From NCBI RefSeq assembly GCF_000315625.1, contig NW_005434572.1, positions 215,389-265,613 of the forward strand: a stretch of DNA of 50,225 bases, written 5' to 3'. The stretch is from Guillardia theta CCMP2712 (lineage: Eukaryota; Protista; Cryptophyta). Below the pieces are notes generated by a model. It searched no databases. It was not told where the DNA came from and saw nothing but the letters and a program-made list of their open reading frames with translations. Each line of letters starts with the position of its first letter. Position 1 is the stretch's first letter. Position numbers and translations under genes: made by a program. Below are positions 26,603 to 38,491 of the stretch, piece after piece.

Positions 26603-29405
26603 ATGTCAAAGATGGGCGAAGAGAGTGGAAACGGCCAGCAGAACTTCAGCAGGGGAGTGAGCGGTGAAGACGTGCAGGACATGAGCGAGTTCATCGAGGA
26701 GCTTCTGCTGGCAGACGGTCTCAAGCCCATCCTGACCAACTTCATCTTCTCCCTCGACTCTCAGAACCACAAGACTGCCCTCCTAGGTCTGCCCCTTCCC
26801 GCCTGCCTCTACCTCCTTGCATCCTCCTCCCTCTCCTCCCTCCTCCCTCTCCTCCCTCCTCCCTCTCCTCCCTCCTCCCTCTCCTCCCTCTCCTCCCACT
26901 TCCCTCGCCTCCCTCTCCTTCTCTCTCCCCCTCTCTCTTCCCCACCCCCTCCCCTCTCCTCGCCCCTCTCCTCCTCATCTCTCCCCACTCCTCTTCTTCC
27001 ATACTCTTCCCTCGTTCTCTTGCATACCTCCACTTCTCTCTACTTGTCTTCCCTTGACTTCTCCCTCCAGTCTTCGGCGCGTTGATCCCTCAAATGCAAA
27101 CTTGCACGAGCAGTGCGAGGTTGCAGGAGGGCGAAGACGAGTCCAACTTCGTCTCTCAGCTGCAGCAGAGCGCCGACGAGATTCAGTTTGCCCTCAAGTT
27201 CCTGGTGTCCATCAATGTTGAGCCAGTCCAAGGCGAATGTTGGAGCTACCTGAAAGCCCTCGGTGAGAAATCGAGGGAGAGAAATCGAGGGAGAGAAATC
27301 GAGGGAGAGAAATCGAGGGAGAGAAATCGAGGGAGAGAAATCGAGGGAGAGAAATCGAGGGAGACCAGTTCATATGAGAGGAGGTTGGCGAAAGGTGATG
27401 CAGCTAGAAGTTGAGGTTGGGCAATGGACTGGACGAGAGGAGGAAGGGACCAACATTGCTTGCTCTGTTGGAGTTTTTGTTGTAATTGCGATGGTTGTTT
27501 TTCAGAATCAGTCGGCAGTTCTCCTGCAGGACAAATTCCTTTCTTCTCTCAACTCGAATCTCCCGCCATGCAGGTCAGTCTTGTTATTGATTGCTGGGCC
27601 GTTCACTGGCTGTCAGATGATCGTCGACTGGCTCAAGAATACCATCTCTGAATATGAAAGATATGTCCAACGGTAGCATCTCTACCTCCTCCCTCCTCCC
27701 TCCTCCCTCCTCCCTCCTCCCCTCCTCCCTCCTCCCTCCTGTTCATGAATCTCGTTGACCGTCCTCCTCATCTCTCATTTCCTGCCGGCTCCATCGTTCC
27801 TCACCTCGCCTTTCAGCCATGGAGCTGCCTTCCTACCAGACGTCAGCACTGCGGGCGACGCTTCTCCTCCTCTGCTCTTTGAGGCTGAGATTTGGGAGAC
27901 TCTTGGGAGGCTCTCGGGGGGGACGGGGAGCGGGAGCACAAGGCTGGCAACGACCTACTACACTCGCACCTCCTACTCTACCGCGCGCACCTCCTACTCC
28001 TCCACCCGCCCGGGTGCTCCAGCGGGTCTCTCCACCGCCTACCGCACAGCCACGTCCTACGGATACGCTACCTCCTCGCAGTTCCCTCCCTCCGCTCTGT
28101 CAGGCGCCATCAAGTCTGTCCAGCCCAGCATGCCGAGCGCACCTGCAGCTGCTCCTGCAGCTGCTCCTGCCGACAACCCGCCAGCCAAAAGCGACGCTAA
28201 GGAGGTGAGGAGCGGAGTGTGCAGCACAAAGAAGAGGAGACGGGGCAGCAAGAGAAATAGCAGGAGGAAGGGGAGATCGTGCTGTAGTGGATGTGCGAAG
28301 GAAATCAGAGGTGGAGTGAACGCATAGGCAGGCAGGACTGACGTTTCGATGACAGGTTGCTGCAAAGATTGCTGAGCTGCAGTTGAAGAGGAAGGTGAAG
28401 GAGGAGAGAGGAGCGAAGGAGGAGAGGGAGTGAAGGAGGAGAGGGAGTGAAGGAGGAGAGGGAGTGAAGGAGGAGAGGGAGTGAAGGAGGAGAGGGAGTG
28501 AAGGAGGAGAGGGGAGTGAAGGAGGAGCGGGAGTTACCTCTAAGCTATCTGTGCGTGCTGGCAGGACTGGCCAAAGACGATTGACACCAAGGAAGTGAAG
28601 CAGATCCACCGGTAGCTGATTTTTTAGTTTACAGCTCCGTGACTGATGGCTGCTTCTTAGCTGCCTGACCCTCGATGTCAACCTGTCGGGAGAGTACAGG
28701 AAAGAGATTGTGACAGGAACAGGAAACCACATCTCAGCGTAAGTCTCCACCTAACCTCCCCTCTCGTCCGCAAGTTCCCTTGCAAGCATTCCCTCTCCTT
28801 TTCCTCCCTGCATCTCGTCTCCTCGCCTCTTTTTTCTCCTCTTCTCTCTCCTACTGCTTCTTGAGCTGATTGACATCCTCCAGCTATCGCTGCTTTGTGC
28901 CTTTCGAGGAGGTCGAGCGTCTTATGGACTTCCTCTTCGATTACGCCAACTCTCACCCTGCCTGCTCGTCCAACCAGGTCCTCCTCCCATCGCCTCCTTC
29001 CTCCTGTTCTTCCTCCCGTCTGACTCCATGGCAGGCGCTACGAGCGTACCTCGTGTACTCAGTGCTGGTCTACTTCATCCATCCCTTCAAGGTCACCCAC
29101 TCGTCTCCTCTCCTCTTGTTTCTTGCCATCCACTCCTCAAGCCTGACGGCTGCGGTAGGACGGGAACGGCAGGACCGGCAGGATCCTCGCCAACTGCATC
29201 CTCAAGGCGGCCGGGTGAGCTTAGATGGCTCGGACGGGATGGTGACCCTGCTGCAGTTTCCCAGCTCTTATCACGCATCACGACAAGGTTCGCGTCCTCA
29301 CTGACCCCTATAGCGCTGAGTGCCCAGCAGGTTCTCAGCTTCGACGCCTTCTTCTGGCGCGTGAAGCTGCGGTCGGGTTCAACGCGAGCAGCAGGAGCTG
29401 AGTGA
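26603..29405 (+). CDS. Fic/Fido-domain protein (putative AMP-transferase)
   Basis: Splicing gives ...IDTKEVKQIHRCLT...GEYRKEIV...FVPFEEVERLMDFLFDYAN...ALRAYLVYSVLVYFIHPFK|DGNGRTGRILANCILKAAG|FPALI, an intact HPFxDGNGRxxR motif; start uncertain. Confidence 0.85.
27265..27364. repeat. 14-bp minisatellite (gagaaatcgaggga), about 7 copies, intronic
   Basis: Visible directly. Confidence 0.92.
28416..28527. repeat. 17-bp purine-rich minisatellite (gaaggaggagagggagt), about 6 copies, intronic
   Basis: Visible directly. Confidence 0.88.
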
Positions 29406-29676
29406 GGAAGAGGGGTAAAGATCAGATAGCTAGAGGAGGACCTGCGGTTGAAACAATATCTTTATCGTCAGAAACTTCCTAACGCTGATGTGGAAAGATT
29501 CGCTGTCTTGCTCGTATGTAATTTATGAATATCACAAACTTTGTCGGAGAAAGCCCCTTCCTACACCTCCCTGCTCTCACCTTCACCCCAGCTCTCTTCC
29601 TCTTCCCCTCCCGCGACTCCACCCTGCGATGCTCCTCCTCCTCGCTCCGCTCTCTCATCCCTTGCATCAGTAGCTC

Positions 29677-30838
29677 TCAAAACTTTTGTGACAACCACTT
29701 GAAGCCATCGTAGTACCCTGAGCCACTCACCAGCGAGCAGCTGAAAACCTGAAGGAAAGTGAGGTGAGGCAAAGGAGGAGGAGGGACAAAGGAGCAACAG
29801 GTTGAGGTAGACACAAGGACGAGAAATGAAATGGAAGGAGCGATAGAAATGAAATGGGAGGAGCGATAGGACAACAAGAGACGAGCGAGGGCTGCGTCGT
29901 AGCTGGTGAGAACAACGAGAGAGGGGAGGAAGGAGATAGAGGAGGGGAGGAGGACACACCTCTACATCCCGCTCCTTCTCAAGGTCATCCAGCCCCAGCT
30001 CCTCTGCTAACTGATCTTTGTCAACACTTGCCTGACCCTGTCATCAGCACGGCCATGACTAGTCTCCTTCTCTTCGCGCACCTCAAGATCGATCTTGTTC
30101 CCCAGCACAAGGATGGGAACATCTGCGATGTCCTCCACAGACAAGATCTGCTGGATCTCTCTTTTCGCCTCCCCAAACCTCGCGCGATCCGCACTATCCA
30201 CCATGAACACGATCGCGTCTGCCCCTGAGTAGTACTCCTCCCACAGATCCCGAACCTGCGCAGGGTCAGTGTCGTACGCATGGAAAGAAGAGCAACCTGC
30301 TCGTGTCCTCCGAGATCCCACGCGGTGAATTTAATGTTGCCCAGAGAGAAGGTCTTGGAATGCGCTTTGGTTGTGGGCACGAAAGGACGAAGCTCGTTGC
30401 TGCATAGCTTGTGCAACAATGTTGACTTGCCCGCATTATCCAGTCCTGCATTATGACGTCACAACCAAACGTGTTGCTCCACAAGGCAACGGGACGATGA
30501 GGCAGCAAGGCGTCGTCACAGTGAAACAGCAGGTGCCAGAGAGGTTGAGGAGAGCCAAAACAACTTTGGGATGGATGGAGACCATCAGGGTGTTTGGGTG
30601 GGTATGAGCATGGTGAAGTGAGTATGGCGGGGCAACTGCACTCTACGATCTCGAACAAGTTGGAATGTTACGATAAACGAAGAGTGAGCAGAGGTAGATG
30701 AGAGGAGGAGGCAGCAGATGTAGAGGTGGAGGGAGCATGCAAGGCGGTATTCTTGTCATTACCCAGCAGCAGAATCGTCGCATCTCGTTTCCACAGTCCC
30801 AACAGCCGCAGCAGCCCCCGCAGCCATTCCAGCAGCAT
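29677..30838 (-). CDS. Sar1-like small GTPase (divergent paralog)
   Basis: MLLEWLRGLLRLLGLWKRDATILLL|GLDNAGKSTLLHKL...AWDLGGHEQ|VRDLWEEYY...DAIVFMVDSAD...PILVLGNKID...|VFSCSLVSGSGYYDGFKWLSQKF*; DLGGH is diagnostic of Sar1. Confidence 0.9.
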
Positions 30839-30939
30839 CGTCGATCCTTTACCCTACCCCCCATCCCCTACAACCCCCCACTGTCCTATGCGGGCTTGCC
30901 TCGGACCCATGCCTCTACATTCAATTACAACTCAGTCCT

Positions 30940-31545
30940 GGCCGGGCACTGGCCGCGCGGCAGCCCGGGCCGGGCAGTGCCGCGGCCGCTGTCACTGGCT
31001 TGAAGGCCCGCCGGGGCCGGGGCGTCACGGTGCCGACTGAGCCTGAGCGGCCTCGGAGCCTCAGTGAGTCCGCGCAGCAGTCCCGGATCAGACGGTGGCA
31101 CCGGCATAATTGATCGGACGCCGCACAGCGGCACTGGGCACACGGCGCGGCCCCCGCACGCATGGGCCCGCGCCGGGCCGCCGTACACCAGGTTGGCACG
31201 GTCCGGCAGGCTGGCACCCGGGCCAGTGACCGTCGGCGTGACTCAGGCTGGCACACTGGGCCCGGGGGCCGCTCACACTGCGGCAGCCGGGCCGCGTGCT
31301 GGCCGCGGCCCGGCGGCGGGCACCGGACCGGGATGAGTGACTGTGGCGATCTGGGGGGCGGCCCGGCGCGATCCCAGCCATCATCATGGCCCCCGCGGCC
31401 GGCATCCGACGCCGGACCCGGGGGGCGAACACGGTACGGGACGGTCACCGAGATCATTAATACTCAATTTAGGCCTCCGAGTCTGAGTCGGGCCTCATTC
31501 CGGATCGTCGGACCCGGGGGGGGGGGGGGGCGGCGTACGGTACCG
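30940..31545. promoter_or_regulatory. GC-rich low-complexity island upstream of the Sar1-like gene
   Basis: Same composition as 18915-19500 and 45280-45645. Confidence 0.35.
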
Positions 31546-31573
31546 CACGGCAAGTACTGTGACGAGGCTCCTG

Positions 31574-31663
31574 AAGTTAAGTACAAAAATCAGTACGGTA
31601 CGAGGACATCGGACGGCCCAATCAGGAGCCTCGTACGGTCTCGTACTGATTTTAACTTAACTT
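31574..31663. repeat. About 90-bp imperfect palindrome (MITE-like)
   Basis: aagttaagtacaaaaatcagtacg ... cgtactgattttaacttaactt, with inner arms gtacgagg/cctcgtac. Confidence 0.7.
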
Positions 31664-32533
31664 TGAGTAAAGAGAGACTTTGCTCGGTAGTAGTTTGTGG
31701 GTAGTTTTACAGGCAAGTTTGGCCCTTCAAGGCTTCAGAGCCACATGACCGTTACTGAGCCTTTGCCGCGTCATTTTCAAGTTCGGCTGCCATGACCCTA
31801 CCCCCCCTCACTGGCTCAACAGTATCATTAACCCACTAACTGACGCCCCGGTTAGCCTCTCATGCGGCGGCGGATCAAGTGACCCGGTTCTTTCACCAAC
31901 CGGCGCTGGGTTCAAGGGGGGGTGGCCGTGGGTTCACTCCGAGGCTCAGCTAGGAATCAAGTTGCGGGTACTACCCCAGGTCCGCCTGCCACAGGGGCGG
32001 TAGGCCCCCCACCCCAAAATCCAGCCACGTGCCAAGTAGGGCCGGACGGTTAGTGGCAACGACCGGTGGCTAGAAAACAGGGGTCCACAGTATCGAGTGT
32101 GGGGGTACAAAAGTACCGGGGGTAGTGCTTTGAAAGCGTGCCTCTGAGTTGCTGAGAAACGGCGGGGACCGGGGAGGGGATAAAAGCATGCGAGGAAGCA
32201 AGCTTGATTTGCCGCTCTGATCACACCTGTGCCATGGGCACTGGCAGGCCATGCACTTCACTCTGTGCTCATGATAGTAATTGTGTCATTCCAATGTGGA
32301 AGCTTGCCAAGTTTTCTTTGTCCTTCCACCTTACTTTTGTTGAGTCACTTGTCTGACAAGCATAGACAACAAGTTCTTTTCATCTTATCCTCAGTTACAA
32401 GATTTTCTTCACAGATAGGCTGTTTGTTGGCAACAGAAGGGCATGGCGTGAATGATTTGCTTTTGAAAACATTGAAAGATTTGTTCAAAGCAGCCCACTT
32501 ATTTCTTCATTTTCAGCCAGTCAAGCTTTCGGG

Positions 32534-32999
32534 ATGGCCGATGACAAGCAAACACCTGTTGCTCAGCCTGCTGTCCCATCGTCCTCATCTCAGGGCCCTG
32601 ATTTCATGCAGCAGATGATGATGATGCAGGTTTTGATTGGCCTCTTGCAATCTTTCACACATGTTGATATTACCTTTTCAGATGATGAACAACCAGCAGG
32701 CACAAAACGCTGCTATGGTGGCCGCCGCTACTGTAAGTTCAACCTACAGTTTATAACATCTGATATGGAATGCATGACAGAAATCAGAACCTGTCATCAA
32801 CAACGCCAACTTGGGTAACAGCAACAATGCTTCCAGTGGTGGTGGTGGTGGTGGTGGTGGTGGATACGGCGGCGGCGGCGGCGGCGGGAACACGACGGTG
32901 ATAGTCCAGACCCGACAGAAGTACTGCGGTGTCAAGAGCTGGATATGCTGCCTACTGTTTGGCTTTCCATGCATCTACCTTTGCCCCCTTGATGATTGA
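32534..32999 (+). CDS. Small Gln/Met/Gly-rich protein with Cys-rich hydrophobic C-terminus (CYSTM/BRI3-like)
   Basis: MADDKQTP...QQMMMMQ|MMNNQQAQNAAMVAAAT|KSEPVINNANLG...GGG...KYCGVKSWICCLLFGFPCIYLCPLDD*; two short GT-AG introns. Confidence 0.7.
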
Positions 33000-34770
33000 T
33001 CGTTGCGGTTACAATACAACACCGTACACGCATGCATCTGTAAATGCGAATAAATCGGTTGGTTTGCAATGATCCCCAATCCCACCATGTTCAAATCTTC
33101 CGTATTTTTTGAACAAGGATAAGAAGACTGTAGATTGATACATTCCACGAGAATTAAGGTTCGTTCATCGAATATCTCAAGCATTCGTCAGGATCATGCC
33201 AGTAACTTGGCAGATGGTTTGATTCCTATTTCTCCTTTTTCTTTTCTGCACCCCAAAGATGTTTTTGTACTACAATAGGACCAAATTAGCTGAGCTGTGT
33301 ACTGCAGATGACGTTGAGATCTGTTGTGCTGAGGACTTGTACAGGACTGAACTTGCCGGTCGACACTTCAGAGGCGATTACGATAAAGGATTGTTCGAGA
33401 TAATACTTAATGAGTTGTGTACAGTTACGAATCCTCGCATCATATCGATTTGTTGCCCCTTTTCATCATAACCTGTGTCAGAGGGCCTTGAATGAGTGCG
33501 CTATACATGAAAAGAGACATTTATGAAAAGAGACATATATGAAAAGAGACACGAATGAATTTTCAAAAAGACATAGATGGAAAGAGAGTGATACAGGCTT
33601 CATTGAGCAGAGAGTGAGACAAGCACTTTAATGAACAGATTACGAGGTGATAGAGGTTTGTCTAAGAATCTATAGATATTGGTAGCAGGGTGAAACAATG
33701 TTTCAAATCATCGTAACGGCAAAAAGCACCGATCAGGTTTCTCTGTTTTGTTTCAACATCATGGAAGTTTCTGTCATCTCTTTCATTCACTCGTCAGTCA
33801 CAGTCTGTGCATACTGACTCGACAACAGAGAAAGCATCTTGGTGGTAGGACAGCAGGCTGAAGGAAAGATTAAAGCACAATTACTGTTTTACATTGACTG
33901 AAACCTAACTAGAGAAGAAATTGCAGAATAAGATACAACAGCCTTGAAATTTGCATGACGATCATCAAGCTGCATAGTCTTGCCATTTGAAGAATTCTTC
34001 ATGCGGCACCATTTCCAAGAAGTTGCGTTTTGTTTCTCTGTTTGGTCACTGATTTCCAATAACAACTTGGTATCTACATCTCAAGCGCGTGACAATGGGT
34101 TTGCTAATCTGCGAAGTTTCATGCCATAACTTTCATACTTCACACTGGTCACTAGTTTTCCCATATTCTAACGTTCACTATGGACATGGTCATGAATGGC
34201 ATCAGTGAGATGCAGTCGACTCCGATCGCGGGAACCTTTATACCTCGATGGGGAACAACCAACCTCTGATTCTCGCCTTGCCATTGGTTCGCAAGCAGAC
34301 AATGCTAGACTCAGAATATGATGGACTCAAACTATGAAGGCCATGACCCCTGCTTTCTCTTCTTTGATTCCCCATTCCTTTTTCCCCTTCTAGCGTTGTT
34401 CATTCTTCCTATCTCTCTCCCCCCCTCCTTCTCGGCCACTTCCCCCCCTCCCGGCCCCTCTTTCTCTCCCTCCATTCCCCCCTCTCCCCTTCTTTCTCTC
34501 TCCCCTTCTTTCTCTCTCTCGCTCGCTCCCTCGCCCTCTGTCTCGCTCCCTCGCCCTCTCTCTCTCTCTCTCGCTCGCTCGCTCGCTCTCCCATCATCCT
34601 CGCTGCTCTCTCTGCCATACAAAGCATATTCTTGTTCAGGGATTCCAGCTGCCTCAATCCCCAACCCCCTCTTTTCCTCGTTCTCACTACCCCTCCCCTG
34701 GGCCATAGCGAAGTGCGGCGATTCAACAATGCTGTAGATGCCGCGGCGGGCGCTATGGTGGGCGACGGGG

Positions 34771-37442
34771 ATGGCGGGAGGGCTCCAAGTTCAAGAGAAG
34801 CATCAGTTTATGACTCTACAAGAGGAGATGCGAAGAAGAGCAAGAACCACCGATCTCTCTCGCTTCGAGGACAGAGGCATCATGTAAGCTTTCTGCTGTC
34901 CTCACTACTGTGTAACTCCATTCTTGTTCAGACGTCGGTTCAAGACGCGGCAGGGAGAGGAGCTTGTGGTTGTTGATGACAAGACCCTAATTGACTCCAC
35001 AGAAGAAGAATGGCAACAAGCATTTCATTTTGTCTTGTTGAAGTTGGATGATGTTTCGGACGCTAAATACTCGTTGCTTTATCGACATTCACGTTCCGTC
35101 CGCCTCCCCTCCTTTGCCTGGTGGAGGAGGTGCTACCTGGCACTTGGTAGGCAGATTACAAAGCATGCTTGCAAGGTGTATGTCGAATCCCCATCGTTTG
35201 CCTGCAGGGAAAGAATAGTCTTCTTATCAAATATAGTATCTGAAAAAGGGCTTCAAAAGATTCATAAGGTCGAGGACTTGAAGGCGCTTGTGCAGGACGA
35301 GGATTATGAGCAGCTGCAAACAACAATGCCGCGACCGCAGGTGCCCGAGGCAAGAGGAGCTTCAACAAGGCTCTTCCTTGATATTGTTCTGGAAGGAATT
35401 CTTTACAAACAGAGCAAGGACAAGAATTTGATTGGGGTGAAAACATGGAAGAAGCGATGGGTGGCTGTAGGTAGAGAGGCACTCTACCTTTACAACACTT
35501 CCTCGAGACCAGATGCAGACCAGGAGCCAAAGTCAATCATCCTCCTTGAGGGCGTGAGTCTCGTTCCTTGCCACTCCTCCAGCAAGCGCCCGTACACCTT
35601 CGCCCTTCAGTTGCCTGCGCGTAGTGCAGACTCAGAATCCACAGAAGTGATAAACTTTGCTGGTCAGTCAGACAATGATGTTCAGCGATGGATCACAGCG
35701 ATCTCTTCTCAGGCATCAAGCACCAAAGTGTTCGGGTGTTCCCTTGAAGTTCACTTGCGCAGCACCAACAGTTTGTTGGAGCTTCCTGTCGTGGCGAAGA
35801 GATGTATTGCAGCAATCAAGCAGAGAGGACTGAAGATTGAAGGAATCCTTCGTGTTGCTGGATCTGCTCTGCGAATTCAGCGCTTGCGGTTGTTGTTTGA
35901 TGTTGTTGGAGACTACGATGTGGAAGAAGAGGCAGATATCCACACTGTGGCGAGCTTGTTAAAACTGTACCTTCGCGAGCTGCCAGAGCCAGTCGTTCCT
36001 TTTGAGTTCTACCAAGATTTAGTGCAATTGATCGACACGAAGACTGAAGCGAAGGTACCTGAATCGAAGGTGAGCAGCAAGTGACTAGTGAAATGAGGAT
36101 CTGACGACTGATCGCTAGTTGGAGAAACTTGGTCGCATCGTATGTCTATTACCTGATTGCAATAAGAGACTCTTGACTGCATTGCTGGAGGTGACATTCA
36201 TGCATTCGAGAACCGCTTGTCTGATATTTTTTGGTCAGCTTGCTGTCGAAATCATCGACAATGTTGATGTGAACAAGATGTCGGCTCAAGGCATGGCAAC
36301 TGTGCTGGGTCCAAGTCTTCTTCGTCCCAACAGACCTCCTGAGGATTCTGCGAGCGTGCAAATGCTATCAGACTCGATTGCAGCCAATCGAGTAACTCTC
36401 GTCCTTGTCCAAAACTTCGAGTTCTTTCGGCCCTACTTGTCGACGATTACGATAGACTCAAACTCCCCGGAGACTGAAACTTACGAGGAGTTCAAGGAAA
36501 GAGTCTGCCGCCAGTTAAACCTAGGTGCTCTTGACAAACCAAAGCCTCGCTCGGCCAAGGATGGTGGACTGTCACTGTCTGGTAAGGCCTATTGTTTCTG
36601 AGAACACACGTGAGTCTTGACTTGCATTCGTAGTTCTGTCAGAAGAAGTAGAGAAATTGCAAAAGATCTTACAAAACGACAAGGACGATCCTGAGAACGT
36701 CGGAACTTTCTTTCCCTTTGTGACTTAACAAGAAGCGTGTCAGGTTTTATGATGCTGAAATTGTTTTGCATGCAGTGGGAGAATCTTGCGTCGGCTCAGA
36801 CCAAGGCCTGCGAGTATCAAGATGCTGTCTCGTCATACAAGAAGGCGATTGAACTGCACGCGAAGCAGGGGACCAGCAATGCACAGAACTACATTAAGGA
36901 ATAGATTTCTGCTCCCACCAGCGCGTGTCTGACATGTTGACGTCCAGATGGGGCTGATATATGAGAGTTTAGGGGAGGCTGACCAGGTCTCTCTGAACCT
37001 CGTCTACTGCAGTTGGCAACTTTGACTTGACAACTTCATCAGGCAAAGGAAATCTACAGACAGTGCGGATCACTGCCGGGAGGGCTGATTGCAAGCTACA
37101 TGCTTCAAGATCTGATGAAGCGAATGCAGCTTTTAGAGGTGCAAAACCTCTCCAATATATCACATCTGACATGTACTGGTAGGATGATGAAGCCGGAAAT
37201 AAAGTACATTCATGATGTTTCACCTGATTTCGTCTTGACATTCAAGCCTCTTTCCCTTCTTTTCTCCATACATTAGGCTGCGTCAATGACAAGTTCGGCC
37301 TCAAGAGCATGGACAGATATAGGTACCTATGTTGAATGATCTATTCTCTCATTCCACCGCAGACAACCAACAAGGACGATGCTCAAGCTGTTCCCACAGG
37401 CTCAGATTCTGCAAATGCGAGCGAGATTCACAAGCGTTGTAG
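34771..37442 (+). CDS. RhoGAP with N-terminal BCH/CRAL-TRIO-like domain, PH domain and C-terminal TPR
   Basis: BCH-like PSFAWWRRCYLALGRQITKHACKVYVESPS; PH VLEGILYKQ...WKKRWVAV...LYLY...VQRWITAI; GAP VFGCSL...EGILRVAG, ASLLKLYLRELPEP, VNKMSAQGMATVLGPSLLR; TPR YQDAVSSYKKAIEL...NYIK|MGLIYESLG. Confidence 0.9.
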
Positions 37443-37536
37443 CATCTATGAAAACTACAATTCTCAGACGTTACATTGAAGGATAAGCATCACCTTGTTT
37501 CCTTCGGATGTTTGAACCATGTGAGGGCGAGGAAAC

Positions 37537-38069
37537 CGGAAAGCAATCATTGAAAAGAATCAGTCTAGTTTATTCAATCTACATATTCACATCCAATGTC
37601 ATATACATGCGCTCACTTCCAATCACAGGGCCACGTGTCTTCCAAGTGAGTCCTTGATCCTCCGATGGCACTTGATCATCTCCATCGATGCTTTGAGAGC
37701 TGCGAGCTGCTTTGCCCTCGATGGACATCCGTACTGGCTGCGCGCCTTGTCATCGTTGGTCCTACGGAGGGGGCGGTCCAAAGGGTCTTGTTGCGAGGAG
37801 GCGAGGAGGCGGGAGCTGGGACGAGCTGGAGAGCAGCGGGGCTCATCCTTGAGGTCCTCGTCGCGAAGAGGCTGACGGGCTGGAGGGAGGATGTCGGCAG
37901 GAGCGTGCATGGGAATGAGGACGGGGAAGGTTGTGGTGGAGCCAGTGTGACCTCAGGGCTCTCTAAAGCAGGAGGGCGGGAGTCTCGAAGCTTCGAAAGA
38001 AGGTAATAGGGGGGTCGGAAAAGAGGGCTGACAAAGATCACGAGGAGCCTTACAGAGGTTGCTGACCCT
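37537..38069 (-). repeat. Left arm of long inverted duplication
   Basis: Reverse complement of 38492-39038; the ORF track shows identical ORFs on opposite strands. Confidence 0.95.
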
Positions 38070-38491
38070 GCGAAGGGGTTAGTGTAAGGCATCAAAATCA
38101 TTCTCTCCTAGAAAGCAACGATTCATTGTCCATTTCTTGTAGTAAATAACACGGATACCGGTAGAAGGTGGTAGAAGGAATTTGAAACGGCAATCTGTGT
38201 AACTGAGCTTTACAGACATTGTTTGAAATACAGCTTTCTTTATTTCAAATTTCGCATGTCGCATTTGAAGTTTGTGACATTGACATCATTACACTGGGGC
38301 GGGTCCACGACTCTTTGAAGAACAAGGTGTCTCTCATCACATTGTCACAGACTCATCTAGAATCAATCTTCAGATTCTTCTGTTGTCATCACCCGCACGA
38401 CCTGAAGCCTTCTATACTGCTCGATCAGCAAAAACGTCTATACGTATTGTATATTATCAAGCGCGTGTATGGAACGCTGTGTTTTACAGGA

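Noticed and set aside
33000-34290. Possible minus-strand multi-exon gene
   Set aside because: Coding-like fragments are present but I could not build a consistent spliced model or recognise homology
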